Assembly (NCBI GenBank): GCA_963847445.1
Contig: CAWJZV010000003.1
Span: forward strand, 59,508-123,507
DNA from: an uncultured delta proteobacterium
Lineage (GTDB): Bacteria; Desulfobacterota; Binatia; UBA9968
Length of the DNA stretch: 64,000 nucleotides
Direction of reading: 5' to 3'
Shown piece by piece: positions 45,707 through 56,721 of the stretch (positions within the stretch are counted from its first letter, which is position 1; each line of letters begins with the position of its first letter). Both the position numbers and the translations under genes were made by a program. Under the pieces are notes generated by a model. It ran no database searches. It saw nothing but the letters and a program-made list of their open reading frames with translations, and was not told where the DNA came from.

Positions 45707-46909
45707 TCAATTCACTCGTTCGACGATGGTGGCGATGCCCTGGCCGACGCCGATGCACATGGTCGCCAGGCCGTAACGGCTGCCGCGTTTATTCATTTCA
45801 TGCACTAGGGTCGTCATCATGCGCGCGCCGCTGCAGCCGAGCGGATGGCCCAGGGCGATGGCGCCGCCGTTGACGTTGAGCCGGTTCAAATCGATGCCCA
45901 ACTCGCGGCAGCAAGCCAAGACCTGGGAGGCAAAGGCTTCGTTCAACTCGACGAGATCGATCTGATCGATGGTCAGACCGGCGCGCTTCAAGGCTTTTTG
46001 CGTCGCCGGAATCGGCCCGATGCCCATGAAGTTCGGATGCACTCCGGCGGCGGCCGAGGCGACGATGCGCGCCAGCGGTTTGAGTTTCAACTGTTCGGCC
46101 TTTTGCGGTGTCGTGATCAGCAGCGCCGCGGCGCCGTCGGAAAGCGGCGAGGAATTCCCCGCCGTGACGCTGCCGCCCTTTTTGAAAGCCGGTTGGAGAC
46201 CCGCGAGGATTTCCAACGTCGTGTCGGAACGCGGCCCTTCATCTTTGTCATGCACCAGCGGCGCGCCTTTGCGCTGGGGAATTTCGAAGGGGATGATTTC
46301 GTCTTTGAGCCGGCCGTCTTTTTGCGCCCGCAACGCTTTCTGATGGCTCGCCAGCGCGAGCTTGTCTTGATCTTCACGGTTGATGTTATGTTTCTCGGCG
46401 ACATTCTCGGCGGTCTCGCCATTATTGATCAGCGAATAGAGTTCGCCCATGCGCTTGTTGGGAAAGCGCCAACCCAGCGAGCTGTCGTACATGTGAATAT
46501 CGCCGCGTTGAAACGGGTTCGCCGGTTTGCCCATGACCCAGGGGCCGCGGGTCATGCTTTCGACGCCGCCGGCGACGAACAGGTCGCCGTGATCGGTTTC
46601 CACCGCGCGGCCCGCCTGATTGATCGCTTCGAGGCCGGAGCCGCAGAGACGATTGATAGTTGCGCCGGGAACCGTGTAGGGCAGACCGGCGAGCAGGGAA
46701 GCGTTGTGCGCGACGTTGCGCGAGTCTTCGCCGGCTTGATTGGTGCAGCCGAAGTAGACGTCTTCGATCTCGTCTTTATTGATGCCGGTCTTTTCGACCA
46801 TCTTGCCGATGATGTAGGCGGCGAGGTCGTCGGTGCGAACGTCTTTGAAAATCCCGCTATGGCGGCCCATAGGCGTGCGCACTGCTTCAACGATGACTGC
46901 TTCTCTCAT
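45707..46909 (-). CDS. Thiolase (PcaF/PaaJ-like)
   Basis: [40 protein letters not shown]. Confidence 0.93.
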   Translation of the reverse strand: MREAVIVEAVRTPMGRHSGIFKDVRTDDLAAYIIGKMVEKTGINKDEIEDVYFGCTNQAGEDSRNVAHNASLLAGLPYTVPGATINRLCGSGLEAINQAGRAVETDHGDLFVAGGVESMTRGPWVMGKPANPFQRGDIHMYDSSLGWRFPNKRMGELYSLINNGETAENVAEKHNINREDQDKLALASHQKALRAQKDGRLKDEIIPFEIPQRKGAPLVHDKDEGPRSDTTLEILAGLQPAFKKGGSVTAGNSSPLSDGAAALLITTPQKAEQLKLKPLARIVASAAAGVHPNFMGIGPIPATQKALKRAGLTIDQIDLVELNEAFASQVLACCRELGIDLNRLNVNGGAIALGHPLGCSGARMMTTLVHEMNKRGSRYGLATMCIGVGQGIATIVERVN

Positions 46910-47652
46910 GATTTCACCTGACTTTCGTTATGCGAATAAAATCCTCTGCCGCTGGTTTCACCGAGATAGCCGGCGGTGACGAGTTTCTTAAGCAAAGTAG
47001 CCGGCCGGTAACGGTCGTCGCCGGTTTCCCTTTGCAGTCCTTCGAGGACGGCGAGAATATCGTCGAGGCCGATTTGATCGGCCCAGCGCAGCGGCCCCTG
47101 GGGATAGTTCACGCCCAGACGCATGGCGATGTCGATCTCGTCGGCGCTAGCGACGCCTTCGTCCAAGCTGCGCGCCGCTTCGTTGACGATCAAACTCAAA
47201 ATCCGCGGAAAGATCAGTCCGGCGGTATCCTTGACGCGCACGGCGTCTTTGCCGAGGTTCTTGAACAACTGCTCGGTCTGCTCCACCGACTTATCTAACG
47301 TGCGCAAGCCGGCGCCGAGCTCGACCAATTTGCGATCCTTCAACGGATAGAATGTCGCGAAGCCGACGAACCGCTCAGGTTTTTTTATCCATGAGGCCAT
47401 CAAGGTCGTGGAAAACCGCAGGCAGGAGCTGACAATGATCCCCGGCGCCGGGAGCGAGGCGTCGAGGCGCTGCAAGACTGCGCGCTTTTTGTCTTCGCTG
47501 CCGTTCTCGGTATCGATGACGAACTGGGTGGTCGGCGCAATGGCGGTGGCGTCGTGCAACTGCGCGACGTCGAATCCTTTCTCCCGTCCCAAGGCGACTA
47601 ATTCATCGGCCAATCGGCCTTTGCCGATGACCGCAAGACTACTTTTTGTCAT
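46906..47652 (-). CDS. 3-hydroxyacyl-CoA dehydrogenase-like protein (C-terminal half of a PaaH-type enzyme)
   Basis: Degenerate Rossmann start, NEAA...[25 protein letters not shown]. Confidence 0.8.
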   Translation of the reverse strand: MTKSSLAVIGKGRLADELVALGREKGFDVAQLHDATAIAPTTQFVIDTENGSEDKKRAVLQRLDASLPAPGIIVSSCLRFSTTLMASWIKKPERFVGFATFYPLKDRKLVELGAGLRTLDKSVEQTEQLFKNLGKDAVRVKDTAGLIFPRILSLIVNEAARSLDEGVASADEIDIAMRLGVNYPQGPLRWADQIGLDDILAVLEGLQRETGDDRYRPATLLKKLVTAGYLGETSGRGFYSHNESQVKS

Positions 47653-48505
47653 AGCTGTAAAAACCCCGTCCGGTCTTGCGCCCGAGATTGCCGCCGGCGA
47701 CCATGCGTTGCTGGATCGGGCTCGGGCGAAAGCGCGGATCTTCGAAGAACGAGCGATAGAGCGACTCGGTGGCGGCGAAGTTGATGTCGTTGCCGATCAA
47801 GTCCATCAGCTCGAACGGCCCCATGCGAAAGTTGCCGGCTTCCTTCATGATCCGGTCGATGGTTTCCACCGAAGCGTTGCCGTCGCCGAGCACGCGCAAC
47901 CCTTCGTTGTAAAATGGCCGGGCGACCCGGTTGACGATGAAACCCGGCGTGTCCTTGGCGCGCGCCGGCGATTTACCCATCGCTTTCATGAGCGCGGTGG
48001 CTTTGTCCATGCTCTCGTCACTGGTGTGGTCGCCCTGGATGACTTCGACCAAGGCCATGAGCGGCGGCGGATTGAAAAAATGCAGTCCGAGCACGCGCTC
48101 CTGATGCTGCGCTGAGGCGGCGATGGCGGTGACGTTGAAAGATGAAGTATTGGTCGCCAGCAAAGTTTCCGGGCCGCAGATGGCGTCCAACTGCTTGAAG
48201 ATGTCGCGCTTGAGTTCGAGCTTTTCCGGTGCCGCCTCGATCACCAGCGCGCTCCCCTTAGTATCATCGAGGCTGGTGCTGGTGTGAAACCGGTCGAGAG
48301 TTTCATTTTCTTGCTCCGCGCTGATCTTGCCGCGCTCGCGGCTGCCTTGGAGAAAACTTTTGATTTTCCCCATGCCCCCGTCGATAAACTCTTGCTTGAT
48401 ATCGTAGAGGAGGGTTTGGAAGCCGGCTTGGGCGGCGACCTGGGCGATGCCCGCGCCCATGGTGCCGGCGCCGAGTATGGCGATTTTTTCAGTCGAGTTA
48501 GCCAT
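47639..48505 (-). CDS. paaH: 3-hydroxyacyl-CoA dehydrogenase (PaaH-like)
   Basis: [51 protein letters not shown]. Confidence 0.85.
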   Translation of the reverse strand: MANSTEKIAILGAGTMGAGIAQVAAQAGFQTLLYDIKQEFIDGGMGKIKSFLQGSRERGKISAEQENETLDRFHTSTSLDDTKGSALVIEAAPEKLELKRDIFKQLDAICGPETLLATNTSSFNVTAIAASAQHQERVLGLHFFNPPPLMALVEVIQGDHTSDESMDKATALMKAMGKSPARAKDTPGFIVNRVARPFYNEGLRVLGDGNASVETIDRIMKEAGNFRMGPFELMDLIGNDINFAATESLYRSFFEDPRFRPSPIQQRMVAGGNLGRKTGRGFYSYDKK

Positions 48506-48530
48506 GGGTTTTTTGCTGCGGGTTGCGAGT

Positions 48531-49367
48531 TTAGGGTTTCGGGTTCTCACTCAAAACAGGGTGACGCGAACCCGGAAACGATTGCAATTCTTTGCCGGTA
48601 AACACCGGCGGGCGTTTTTCCAAGAACGCTTTCACGCCTTCGTCATAGTCGCTGCTGCGGCCGGCGATTTCCTGTAAGTTTGCTTCGTACTCGAGATCGG
48701 CTTCGACGTTGGGTAAATTGCCATGGTTGACCGCGCGTTTGATCAGGCCGATGCCGCGCGGCGCTTTGGCTATCTGTTCGGCAATCGCTCGTGCCGACGC
48801 TGCGAATTCCGCCGCTGGAAAGACGCGCGCCACCAGGCCGATGCGCTGGGCTTCCTTGGCGTCAACGGTGTCGCCCAATAATAATAATTCCATCGCTTTG
48901 CTCAGTCCGACCAGCCGGGTGAGGATAAAACTGCCGCCGGAGTCGGGCGCCAGGCCGACGCGCACGAAGGATTGAATGAACTTGGCTTCCTCCGAGGCCA
49001 CTCGCAGATCGCAGGCCAAGGCGAAGTTGCAGCCGGCGCCGGCGGCAACGCCATTGACCGCGGCGATGACGATCTTCTCCATGGCGCGAATCTGCCGGAT
49101 CATCGGATTGTACTTTTCCCGCAGCGACGCGCCCAACGAACCTTTTTGCTCGGGTGTGCGGCCTTTCAAATCCTGGCCGGCACAAAAGGCCCGGCCCGCG
49201 CCGGTGATCATGAAGCAGCGAACTTCCTTGTCCCGTTCGCCGTCGCGCAGCGCTTCGAGCACTTCTTTGTTCATCTGCGGCACGAAGGCGTTGAGCGCCT
49301 GGGGCCGGTTGAGCGTGATCGTCGCCACGCCGTTCTGCTTGTCGTAAATGATCGTTTCGTTGGCCAC
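48531..49367 (-). CDS. paaG: Enoyl-CoA hydratase/isomerase (PaaG-like)
   Basis: [35 protein letters not shown]; C-terminus may be extended by an indel into a repeat. Confidence 0.8.
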   Translation of the reverse strand: MANETIIYDKQNGVATITLNRPQALNAFVPQMNKEVLEALRDGERDKEVRCFMITGAGRAFCAGQDLKGRTPEQKGSLGASLREKYNPMIRQIRAMEKIVIAAVNGVAAGAGCNFALACDLRVASEEAKFIQSFVRVGLAPDSGGSFILTRLVGLSKAMELLLLGDTVDAKEAQRIGLVARVFPAAEFAASARAIAEQIAKAPRGIGLIKRAVNHGNLPNVEADLEYEANLQEIAGRSSDYDEGVKAFLEKRPPVFTGKELQSFPGSRHPVLSENPKP

Positions 49368-49416
49368 TTTAGTTGAATTCCGTTGTTACCGTCCGGGCAG
49401 CCACAGGGGGCTGCCC

Positions 49417-50190
49417 CTACTTGCCGGTGAATTCGGCTTTGCGCTTTTCGAGAAATGCCTTCATGCCTTCGCTGCGGTCTGCCGAGGCGAACAATAGATA
49501 AAATGCCTTGCGCTCGAACTCCAAGCCTTCGTCGAGGCCGGTGTTGGCCGATTTCAACACCGCTTCCTTGGCGGCTTTGACCGCCAGCTGGGGTTTTGCG
49601 GCAATTTTTTTGGCGATGTTCAGCGCTTCTTCGAGACAGAGTTCGGCGGGAACCACCCGGTTGACCAGGCCCAAGCGCTCGGCGTCGTTGGCGCTAAGCA
49701 TATCGCCGGTGAGCACCAGCTCCATGGCGCGATGCTTGCCCAACAAGTGCGTCAGCCGTTGGGTGCCGCCGCTGCCGGGAATGATTCCCAGGTTGACTTC
49801 GGGCTGGCCGAAGCGGGCGTTCTCGGCGGCGACGATGATGTCGCAGCTCATCGCCAGCTCGCAGCCGCCGCCCAGGGCAAAGCCGATCACCGCGGCGATC
49901 ACCGGCTTGGCGATCTTATTGATCTTGTCGCGATAGGCCAAGCGCTCCTGAACCATGGCGTCGAAGGGGCCTTTGTCGGCCATTTCCTTGATGTCGGCAC
50001 CGGCGGCGAAGACTTTGTCGCCGCCGGTGACGACCATGACGCGGACGTCGGGATCTTGGTCGAGCTCCTGCATGGCCAACGAAAGGTCTTTGACCAGGCC
50101 GTAGGACAGCGCATTGAGAGCTTGCGGACGGTTCAAAGTAACCACGGCGATGGCGCCGTCTTTGGCGACGATGACGTTTTCGTAATTCAT
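49417..50190 (-). CDS. paaF: Enoyl-CoA hydratase (PaaF-like)
   Basis: FAAGADIKEM, ALGGGCELAM, FGQPEVNLGIIPGSGGTQRL. Confidence 0.85.
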   Translation of the reverse strand: MNYENVIVAKDGAIAVVTLNRPQALNALSYGLVKDLSLAMQELDQDPDVRVMVVTGGDKVFAAGADIKEMADKGPFDAMVQERLAYRDKINKIAKPVIAAVIGFALGGGCELAMSCDIIVAAENARFGQPEVNLGIIPGSGGTQRLTHLLGKHRAMELVLTGDMLSANDAERLGLVNRVVPAELCLEEALNIAKKIAAKPQLAVKAAKEAVLKSANTGLDEGLEFERKAFYLLFASADRSEGMKAFLEKRKAEFTGK

Positions 50191-50279
50191 CTTATTTGAG
50201 CTTAAAGACATACACCATGGTAGGTGTCGATTCAAGAAAAGCGCCACTGCGTTGGAGGTTGAAGCCGCAACCGAAAAGA

Positions 50280-50790
50280 AGATGGCCGCAAAGAACGCAA
50301 AGGGCGCAAAAAAAAGTAGGGGCGGGTTGGAAACCCGCCCTCTTGGCTTTGGCGCATCGAGAAATTTGCCCAAGTCGCGCAATTATCTCGGAGAGTAGTA
50401 CACGCTTTTTCCCAGACTGGGCTGGGACAAAGAGGTTCGCCTGTCGGCGAACAGCCGCAACCGAAACTCGGAATATCTCTCGCAAAGACGCCAAGGCCGC
50501 AGAGGTGACGGGCGATGCCCGTCATCCCGAGGGGACACGAGGGATCGAGGAAAGATTTCTCCCAAGGGTCGAAATGACAGTAGGGGCGATTCATGAATCT
50601 GCCGCTACCTTTGCGCCTTGGCGAGAGGAATATCCGAATCAGAGGGGTTCATCGATCACCGAACATTTGCGCAGGCAGCACGCTATGACAAACATGCTGG
50701 TGTTAGTTCTCAGATAGCAATACGAAGGACACGAAGGCTTCAGAATATTGACATTCCGAACTTCGTGCTCTTCGTGTCCTTCGTGGTGAG
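50280..50790. repeat. Stack of different palindromic and tandem repeats in a divergent intergenic region
   Basis: cgcaaagaa-type 9-mers, gtaggggcgggttggaaacccgccc, gtcatcccgag...gaaatgaca, gtaggggcgattcatgaatc, cgaaggaca/cttcgtg 9-mers. Confidence 0.75.
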
Positions 50791-50875
50791 TAGTTTCTTT
50801 CTTATGAGGCAGTGCTACACCTGAGCTCGCTGTCATTTGACAGCCCGGAATCGATTTGCAAGTATTCGTGCAGCC

Positions 50876-51559
50876 ATGTCCAGCCGCGCCGAACCCGCCA
50901 CCCGTCATTACGACGAAAAGCTCCAGTTGATTCTCAAGAGCGCGGCGAAGATTTTCGCCGAGAAAGGCTTTCATCACACTTCGGTGCGCGATATTTCGCG
51001 CGCCACCAGGATGAGTTTGTCGGGGCTGTATTATTACTTCACGACCAAGGAAGAGCTGCTCTATCTGATTCAAGAACGCTGCTTCGTCACCTTGCTCGAA
51101 CACTGGGAACAGATCGACAGGCCGGACTCGGACGTGCGCGGGCGGATACGCGCCTTCGCCGAAAATCATCTGGGGTTTTTTCTGCACAACATGCCGGAGA
51201 TGAAAGTCATGGCCCATGAGGACGAATCGCTGACCGGCGAGTTCGACGTCAAGATCCTCGTGCTCAAGCGCCGCTATGTCAAAGTGATCATGGATTTGCT
51301 CGGCGAGTTGCAAGACAAAGCCGGCGCCAGGGGCATCGATCTGCGGCTGGCGACCTTTTCGCTCTTCGGCATGATGAACTGGATCTACACCTGGTACCAG
51401 CCCAAGCGCGATCTGCCGTTCCCGCAGCTGATCGAGCAGATGTTGCGGATCTATTTTTTTGGCCTGCTCAAGGCTGGCAGCGCAGAAGAGTCCTGGTTTA
51501 CCGCGGCGGCGCCGGCCAATGCCAAGGATGGATTTTCCCTTTGGCAGAACATACCTTGA
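50876..51559 (+). CDS. TetR-family regulator (KstR2/PaaR-like)
   Basis: ILKSAAKIFAEKGFHHTSVRDIS...LYYYFTTKEELL; GMMNWIYTWY. Confidence 0.92.
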   Translation: MSSRAEPATRHYDEKLQLILKSAAKIFAEKGFHHTSVRDISRATRMSLSGLYYYFTTKEELLYLIQERCFVTLLEHWEQIDRPDSDVRGRIRAFAENHLGFFLHNMPEMKVMAHEDESLTGEFDVKILVLKRRYVKVIMDLLGELQDKAGARGIDLRLATFSLFGMMNWIYTWYQPKRDLPFPQLIEQMLRIYFFGLLKAGSAEESWFTAAAPANAKDGFSLWQNIP

Positions 51560-51638
51560 GATGGCAAGGGAAAAGTAAAAAGCCAAAAAGCAAAACTAAG
51601 CAGACCGTAGAACCGAGTTAAATTCGCTTGGAGTTGTT

Positions 51639-52172
51639 ATGAGTTTGTTGCGCATCGGCGACCAGGCGCCGGATTTCAAAGTTAAAGGAATCCTGCGCGA
51701 TCGGGTTAGCGAGTATTCTCTCACCGCCAGCAAAGGCAAATGGCTCGTGCTGTTTTTCTATCCGGCGGACTTTACGTTTATCTGTCCGACCGAAGTTACC
51801 GGTTTCAGCAAAGCCGTGAAAGATTTCGCCGCCGAAGATGCCTTGGTGTGGGGCGTGAGTGTCGATTCCATCGACAGTCATAAGTCTTGGTCCGCAGAGT
51901 TGGGCGGTTTGGACTCTCCGCTGCTGAGCGATGAAACGAAGACGTTGAGCAGCGCTTACGGCGTGCTCGATGAAAAAGCCGGCGTGGCCTTGCGCGCGAC
52001 GTTCATCGTCAATCCGATCGGCGTCATCTGCTATCAAGTCGTCAGCCACGTCAACGTCGGGCGCAGCGTCGAAGAAACCTTGCGGGTGCTCAAAGCGCTG
52101 CGAACCGAACGGCTCTGTCCGTCGGACTGGAAACCTGGGGAAGCGACCGGGGATTTGGCGCTGAAATATTGA
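51639..52172 (+). CDS. ahpC: 2-Cys peroxiredoxin (AhpC/TSA)
   Basis: FYPADFTFICPTE, GRSVEETLR, LCPSDWKPG. Confidence 0.92.
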   Translation: MSLLRIGDQAPDFKVKGILRDRVSEYSLTASKGKWLVLFFYPADFTFICPTEVTGFSKAVKDFAAEDALVWGVSVDSIDSHKSWSAELGGLDSPLLSDETKTLSSAYGVLDEKAGVALRATFIVNPIGVICYQVVSHVNVGRSVEETLRVLKALRTERLCPSDWKPGEATGDLALKY

Positions 52173-52176
52173 TCAA

Positions 52177-52280
52177 GGCAAAAGGAAAAAGTAAAAAGGC
52201 AAAAATTCAAGAGCCAAGTCACATTAACGTGATCTCTCTCGTTCAGATTTGCCTTTTTACATTTTACCTTTTCAATTTTT
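52177..52280. repeat. Inverted A-rich 7-bp arrays (GGCAAAA / TTTTGCC type); half copy at 51563-51596
   Basis: ggcaaaa ggaaaaa gtaaaaa ggcaaaa ... tttgcct ttttaca ttttacc ttttcaa. Confidence 0.75.
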
Positions 52281-52283
52281 TAA

Positions 52284-53015
52284 ATGTCTCTCGACGCCAT
52301 TCAGCAAAAAAAGCAGGTCATCGAAAGCCGCGCGCGCATTCGCGAGTTTGTCTTCGGCATCCAGGACGGCCTGATCAGCACCGTCGGTCTGCTCGCCGGC
52401 ATCCAAAGCGCGACCGAAAGCAATCTCGTGGTCATCGTCACCGGCTTCACCGCGATGTTTTCCGGCGCGATCTCCATGGCCACCGGTTCCTATCTTTCCT
52501 CCGGCGCGCAAAAAGACATTTTCGACAAGGAGCTGGTCGACGCGGAAAAGCTCGCCGAGCGCGAACCCTACATCGCGGCGGAGGGATTGCTAAAAGCCCT
52601 CGGCGAGGAAGGGCTGAGCAAGGAACAGAGCTACCGCATGGTGAAAGTGCTGCTCGCCGAACGCAACGTTTTCATGCGCACCTTTCAAGAAAAAGTTTTC
52701 GGTCTGGGCAGCGCGGAGATCAATCAGCCGTTTAAGGCGGCACTCGTGATGGGACTCTCGTTCATCGTCGGCGCGATCATCCCGATCGTGCCGTTTATCG
52801 CCATGAGCGGGAGCGCGGCGCTCTACCTGTCGGTTTTCTTGAGCGCAGTTACGCTGTTTGTCGTCGGCGCCTTCAAAGGCCAGCTCGCCGGCCAGTCCAT
52901 GCTGGTTTCCGGCACAAAGTTCTTTGGGGTCGCGGTAAGCGCTGCCGGCTTGGGTTATCTGATCGGTCTCGCCGTGCAGTGGTTCTTCCCGGGGATTTCA
53001 ATTCCGGCTGCGTAA
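52284..53015 (+). CDS. VIT1/CCC1 iron/manganese exporter
   Basis: FVFGIQDGLIST, GAISMATGSYLS, SFIVGAIIPIVPF. Confidence 0.92.
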   Translation: MSLDAIQQKKQVIESRARIREFVFGIQDGLISTVGLLAGIQSATESNLVVIVTGFTAMFSGAISMATGSYLSSGAQKDIFDKELVDAEKLAEREPYIAAEGLLKALGEEGLSKEQSYRMVKVLLAERNVFMRTFQEKVFGLGSAEINQPFKAALVMGLSFIVGAIIPIVPFIAMSGSAALYLSVFLSAVTLFVVGAFKGQLAGQSMLVSGTKFFGVAVSAAGLGYLIGLAVQWFFPGISIPAA

Positions 53016-53020
53016 ATCTT

Positions 53021-53066
53021 GCCCTCACCCTTCCCTCTCCCATCGGAATGACGAATGGGCGAGGGT
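53021..53066. repeat. CCCTCACCC...GAGGG palindromic element between convergent genes
   Basis: ccctcacccttccctctcccat...atgggcgaggg. Confidence 0.6.
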
Positions 53067-53071
53067 TAAGA

Positions 53072-53948
53072 TCACCCTTCGATCAAACTGCGCAGCAGCG
53101 TCAAATTTTCCCGGTCTTCCTTCAAGTCCGGTCCCTTCGGGGTTTCCAAGCACATGGGCAGGCCCCAGAAGCGTCGGTCGTTCATTAACAATCTAAAGGC
53201 TTCGACGCCGATGAAGCCCTGGCCGATATGTTCGTGGCGGTCGACCCGGGAGTGGAATTCTTTTTTCGAATCGTTCAAATGAAACGCCGCCAGCAGCTCG
53301 ATGCCGATGGTTTGGTCGAACTCGGCAAACGTCCGCTCGTAGCCTTCTTTGGTGCGAATGTCGTAACCGGCGGCGAAGGCGTGTTCGGTGTCGAAACAGA
53401 CGCGCAGCCGTTCGTTCTCTTTCGTGGCATCCATCATGTCGCCGATCTGCTCGAAGCGATAGCCCAGGTTGGAACCCTGGCCGGCGGTGATTTCCAGCGT
53501 GACCTTGACCTGCGAAGCCGGGGCAGGCTTGGTGAATTTCGTCCAACGACTTGGCAATGGTCTTGATGCCTTCGAGTTCACCGGCGCCGACATGGGCGCC
53601 GGGGTGGGCGATCAAGTTCGACACGCCGAGAACTTCGCAGCGTTCCATTTCGTCGATGAAGGCGCCGACGGAGCGCTTGCGCAAGGCCGGGTCGGGGGAG
53701 CCGAGATTGAGCAAATAGGAATCGTGGGCGACCACCGACGCGATGCCGGTTTCTTTGCGGTTGGCGTGGAACTGGGCGATTTCGTCCTTGCTCAACGGTT
53801 TTGACGCCCACTGGCGCGACGACTTGGTGAAAATCTGAATCGCCTCGCAGGCGACCTTCTGGCCTTCGAGAAAGGCGTTGCCGACGCCGCCGGCGATGGA
53901 CATGTGGGCGCCGAGTAACGGGCCGCGTGGTCTTTCTTTCGTCTTCAT
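53072..53948 (-). CDS. nfo: Endonuclease IV; frameshift near 53525
   Basis: LGAHMSIAGG, HDSYLLNL, HPGAH, LEITAGQGS, DTEH, HLNDSK, DRHEHIG, LETP. Confidence 0.95.
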
Positions 53949-53950
53949 AA

Positions 53951-54045
53951 CGTTTTGAACACCTTGAACGATTTGAACTGTTTGAACGAGTTAGAGACGC
54001 GGCCCTGGTTCAAGCCGTTCAAATCGTTCAAAACGTTCAAGTCGT
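53951..54045. repeat. Inverted 9-bp arrays (TTGAAC x4 / GTTCAA x4)
   Basis: ttttgaaca ccttgaacg atttgaact gtttgaacg ... ggttcaagc cgttcaaat cgttcaaaa cgttcaagt. Confidence 0.85.
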
Positions 54046-54051
54046 TTCGGA

Positions 54052-55662
54052 TTAGCTCATGAAATGTCTTTTCTCTACCAGCGGCAGCGAAATACTGCCG
54101 GCGCTGAGCAGTTTGTCGTGGAATTCGCATAGGTTGAATTTGCCGCCCAAGCGTTTTTGTTCTTGATCGCGCAGGCGGTTGATGATCGACCAGCCCAATG
54201 CGTAGCCCATCGGCACGGACGGCGATTGGCTGTACCAGTTCAAATCGCCGCAGGCTTGCTCGCGCGGGAAGTGCAGTTCGCGCACCATTAGGTCCGCCGC
54301 TTCGTCGTAGCTGAGCTTGCCGGTCTGGGTCTTGACGTCGATGATGATTCGCAAGGCGCGCCAGAGGCGGTCTTTGAGCATGACGAAGCGGTGTTGCTTG
54401 GATTTCAAAAAGCCCTGCTCCTGCATCAATTGCTCGCAGTAAAGCGCCCAGCCTTCGTAAAACACCGAAGACTCGTTCATCAAGCGCGGCAAGGTTGCCG
54501 CGGTCGGCGTGCAGTTGGCGATGGAAAATTGCAGGTGATGGCCCGGATAGCTTTCATGCACCGAGGTGTTTTCGAGGCCGACGTAGTTGTGCTCGCGCAG
54601 TAGATCGTCGCTCGCCACTGGCGTGACATAATAATAGCCCACCTGATTGGGATCTTTGGGCGACGGCGAGAGATAGGCGGCGAAGGGAATCTCGTGGCGG
54701 CGGAACACCGGCGTGTGGACGACGTGGAGCTCTTCCTTGGCGGGAAAGCTGACCAGCTTTTTATCGCGCACGAATTCGCGCGCCGCGCTCATCGCCTGGT
54801 CGTAGACGGATAGTATGGCATCACTGGACGGGTGGTTTTCCTGGATCGCTCTTGCCGCTGCTTCGACGCCCTTGCCCGGCGCCAGCTCATCGGCGAGCGC
54901 TTCGAGCTCGAGCTTGGTCTTGGCGAAAAGGCTCTCGCCGAAAGCGAGCAGGCTGTGCGCGTCGTGATCGAGGAAGTGTTTCTTCTTCAATAGCAGATTG
55001 AAATGCTCTTCGCCGACGGCGTAGCTGGCGTTGCTGCGCGGCAGCAGATGGCGTTCGAGAAAGCTGGCGAAATCATTGAGCGCGCTCTTGGCCTTTTCGA
55101 TGGCGGCAGCGAGCGTGTTCGCGTCTATGGCCGCGGCTTGCACTTTCGGATGCTCGGCCAGGCTGTCGAGAAAGCTGATGCCGCCCTTGGCGCCTTCGAT
55201 GGCGTTCTCGGTCCAGAGCTTGGGCGGATTGGCGTCTTTGCGGTTTAGGTTGGTAATGCCCTGCTGGATCAGCGCCGGCGTGCGATCGAGACGGCTCAGC
55301 AAGTTGCCGGCGAGATCGTTGGTCGCCCGCACCGTGAGAATATAAATCGCCTCGGTGGGCGAGTAGGTGTCCGGTTGTTTGAGACGATAGTCTTCCTTGG
55401 CATGCTCATAGCTCTGTATCGTCAACCGGCCTTCGAGCAGGGCGTAGTCGATGGCCTCATCGGCAGTCAATTCCACTGGGGAAATTTCGCCCAGCTTGCG
55501 CAGCGACTCTTTGACAAAAATCTTCTCGGCTTTGTAGCTTTTGTCCGAGTAATCGTTGAGCAGGTGATCGTAACCTTCGATGCCGTAATAGATGGCGTCG
55601 GTGGGATGGAGTTCGAAGTATTGTTTGAAATAGCGGGTCGAGAATTCGCCGAACTTGGACAT
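54052..55662 (-). CDS. DUF885 family protein (putative metallopeptidase)
   Basis: HESYPGHHLQ, FYEGWALYCE, RLWRALRIIIDV, FHDKLLSAGS. Confidence 0.9.
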   Translation of the reverse strand: MSKFGEFSTRYFKQYFELHPTDAIYYGIEGYDHLLNDYSDKSYKAEKIFVKESLRKLGEISPVELTADEAIDYALLEGRLTIQSYEHAKEDYRLKQPDTYSPTEAIYILTVRATNDLAGNLLSRLDRTPALIQQGITNLNRKDANPPKLWTENAIEGAKGGISFLDSLAEHPKVQAAAIDANTLAAAIEKAKSALNDFASFLERHLLPRSNASYAVGEEHFNLLLKKKHFLDHDAHSLLAFGESLFAKTKLELEALADELAPGKGVEAAARAIQENHPSSDAILSVYDQAMSAAREFVRDKKLVSFPAKEELHVVHTPVFRRHEIPFAAYLSPSPKDPNQVGYYYVTPVASDDLLREHNYVGLENTSVHESYPGHHLQFSIANCTPTAATLPRLMNESSVFYEGWALYCEQLMQEQGFLKSKQHRFVMLKDRLWRALRIIIDVKTQTGKLSYDEAADLMVRELHFPREQACGDLNWYSQSPSVPMGYALGWSIINRLRDQEQKRLGGKFNLCEFHDKLLSAGSISLPLVEKRHFMS

Positions 55663-55731
55663 GCAGCTGGAATAGCATCTAAATCGCTGGCGCGCAATTT
55701 TCCGCCGGCGTGGTTGGCTCAGGCGCGTGGA

Positions 55732-56485
55732 TTAGCGTCTGACTTGAGCGGGACGGTCCAAAACGACATTGGTGATCGCCGGGGATTTTTCCAAGACGAT
55801 CAAGGCGTCGACGCCGACGCGCAGCGCGATGCCGGGAATCTTGCCGTAGAGCCGCATGACCTTATAGCGCGTGCCGGCCAACTCGGCGAGCAGGTAACTC
55901 TGCGTGCTATGGATCGCGTGTCGTTGCAACGCCCATAGTTCTTCGCTCAGTCCTTCTTCATGCTGCCAGGGTGTGCGCAAGCCCGCCAGCACGAGCACCG
56001 TGCCGTCGAGCGCCGCGCGGGTGAAAAGAGTGGACGGCACTTTTTCGCTGCTCGCGAGGTCGGCCGCGGTGGCGCGCGGCGAAGCATTGCGATTCGTGCG
56101 GCGGCATCGCGGCGCCAGCGGGGCGGTCGAGCAAAACATTGGTGACGATCGGCAGTCGCGCCAGTTCCGCCAAAGCCTCGGCGCCGACTTCCAAAGCGAT
56201 GCCGGGAATCTCCTGATACTGGCGCAAAACTTTGAAATTCTTGCCGGCCAGTTTATCCAAGAGGTCGTTTTGTATCGAGGCGATGGCGGTGCGCTGCGCG
56301 CGCAGCTCCTCTTGGCTCAAGCGGCTTTCCAGCTGCCATGGCACGGCCAAGCCGACCAGCACCAAGGCGCCGCCGTGAGCGGCGGTGTAATCGATCACGT
56401 CGCGGGGTATTTTACCGGAGGTCTCGGCCAGGGCGGATGCCGACATGAGAAATAGCAGGGCCGCGCAACAAGTCATCTTCAGCAC
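55732..56485 (-). CDS. Secreted protein with two tandem subtilisin-propeptide (I9-like) domains; frameshift near 56090
   Basis: Signal peptide ending SASALA; repeat 1 VLVGLAVPW...QYQEIPGIALEV...VTNVLLDRPA; repeat 2 VLAGLRTPW...LYGKIPGIALRV...ITNVVLDRPA; start uncertain. Confidence 0.7.
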
Positions 56486-56721
56486 CGGTTCCGAAGATTT
56501 TCGATCATAAAAGATCTCCGTCGGCGTTGGCTTATGCTTATGAACCGGTGTGCAGCAGGGCGGTTTCAATTCACGCTAGGATTCTACACAGGTTGCGTAG
56601 CCTCTGTCGAGGGGCTCGGGGCGGCTTCGCTGGCGATGGAGGGGCGATGAGAATGGCGAATGGACAATAGCGAATTGAAAATGTCGGGGAAGGGACTTTG
56701 GACTGCGCTTTTTGACGGTCT

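Noticed and set aside
53951-54045. TTGAAC/GTTCAA arrays as CRISPR repeats
   Set aside because: Units are 7-9 bp, contiguous and inverted, with no 25-45 bp unique spacers and no cas genes.
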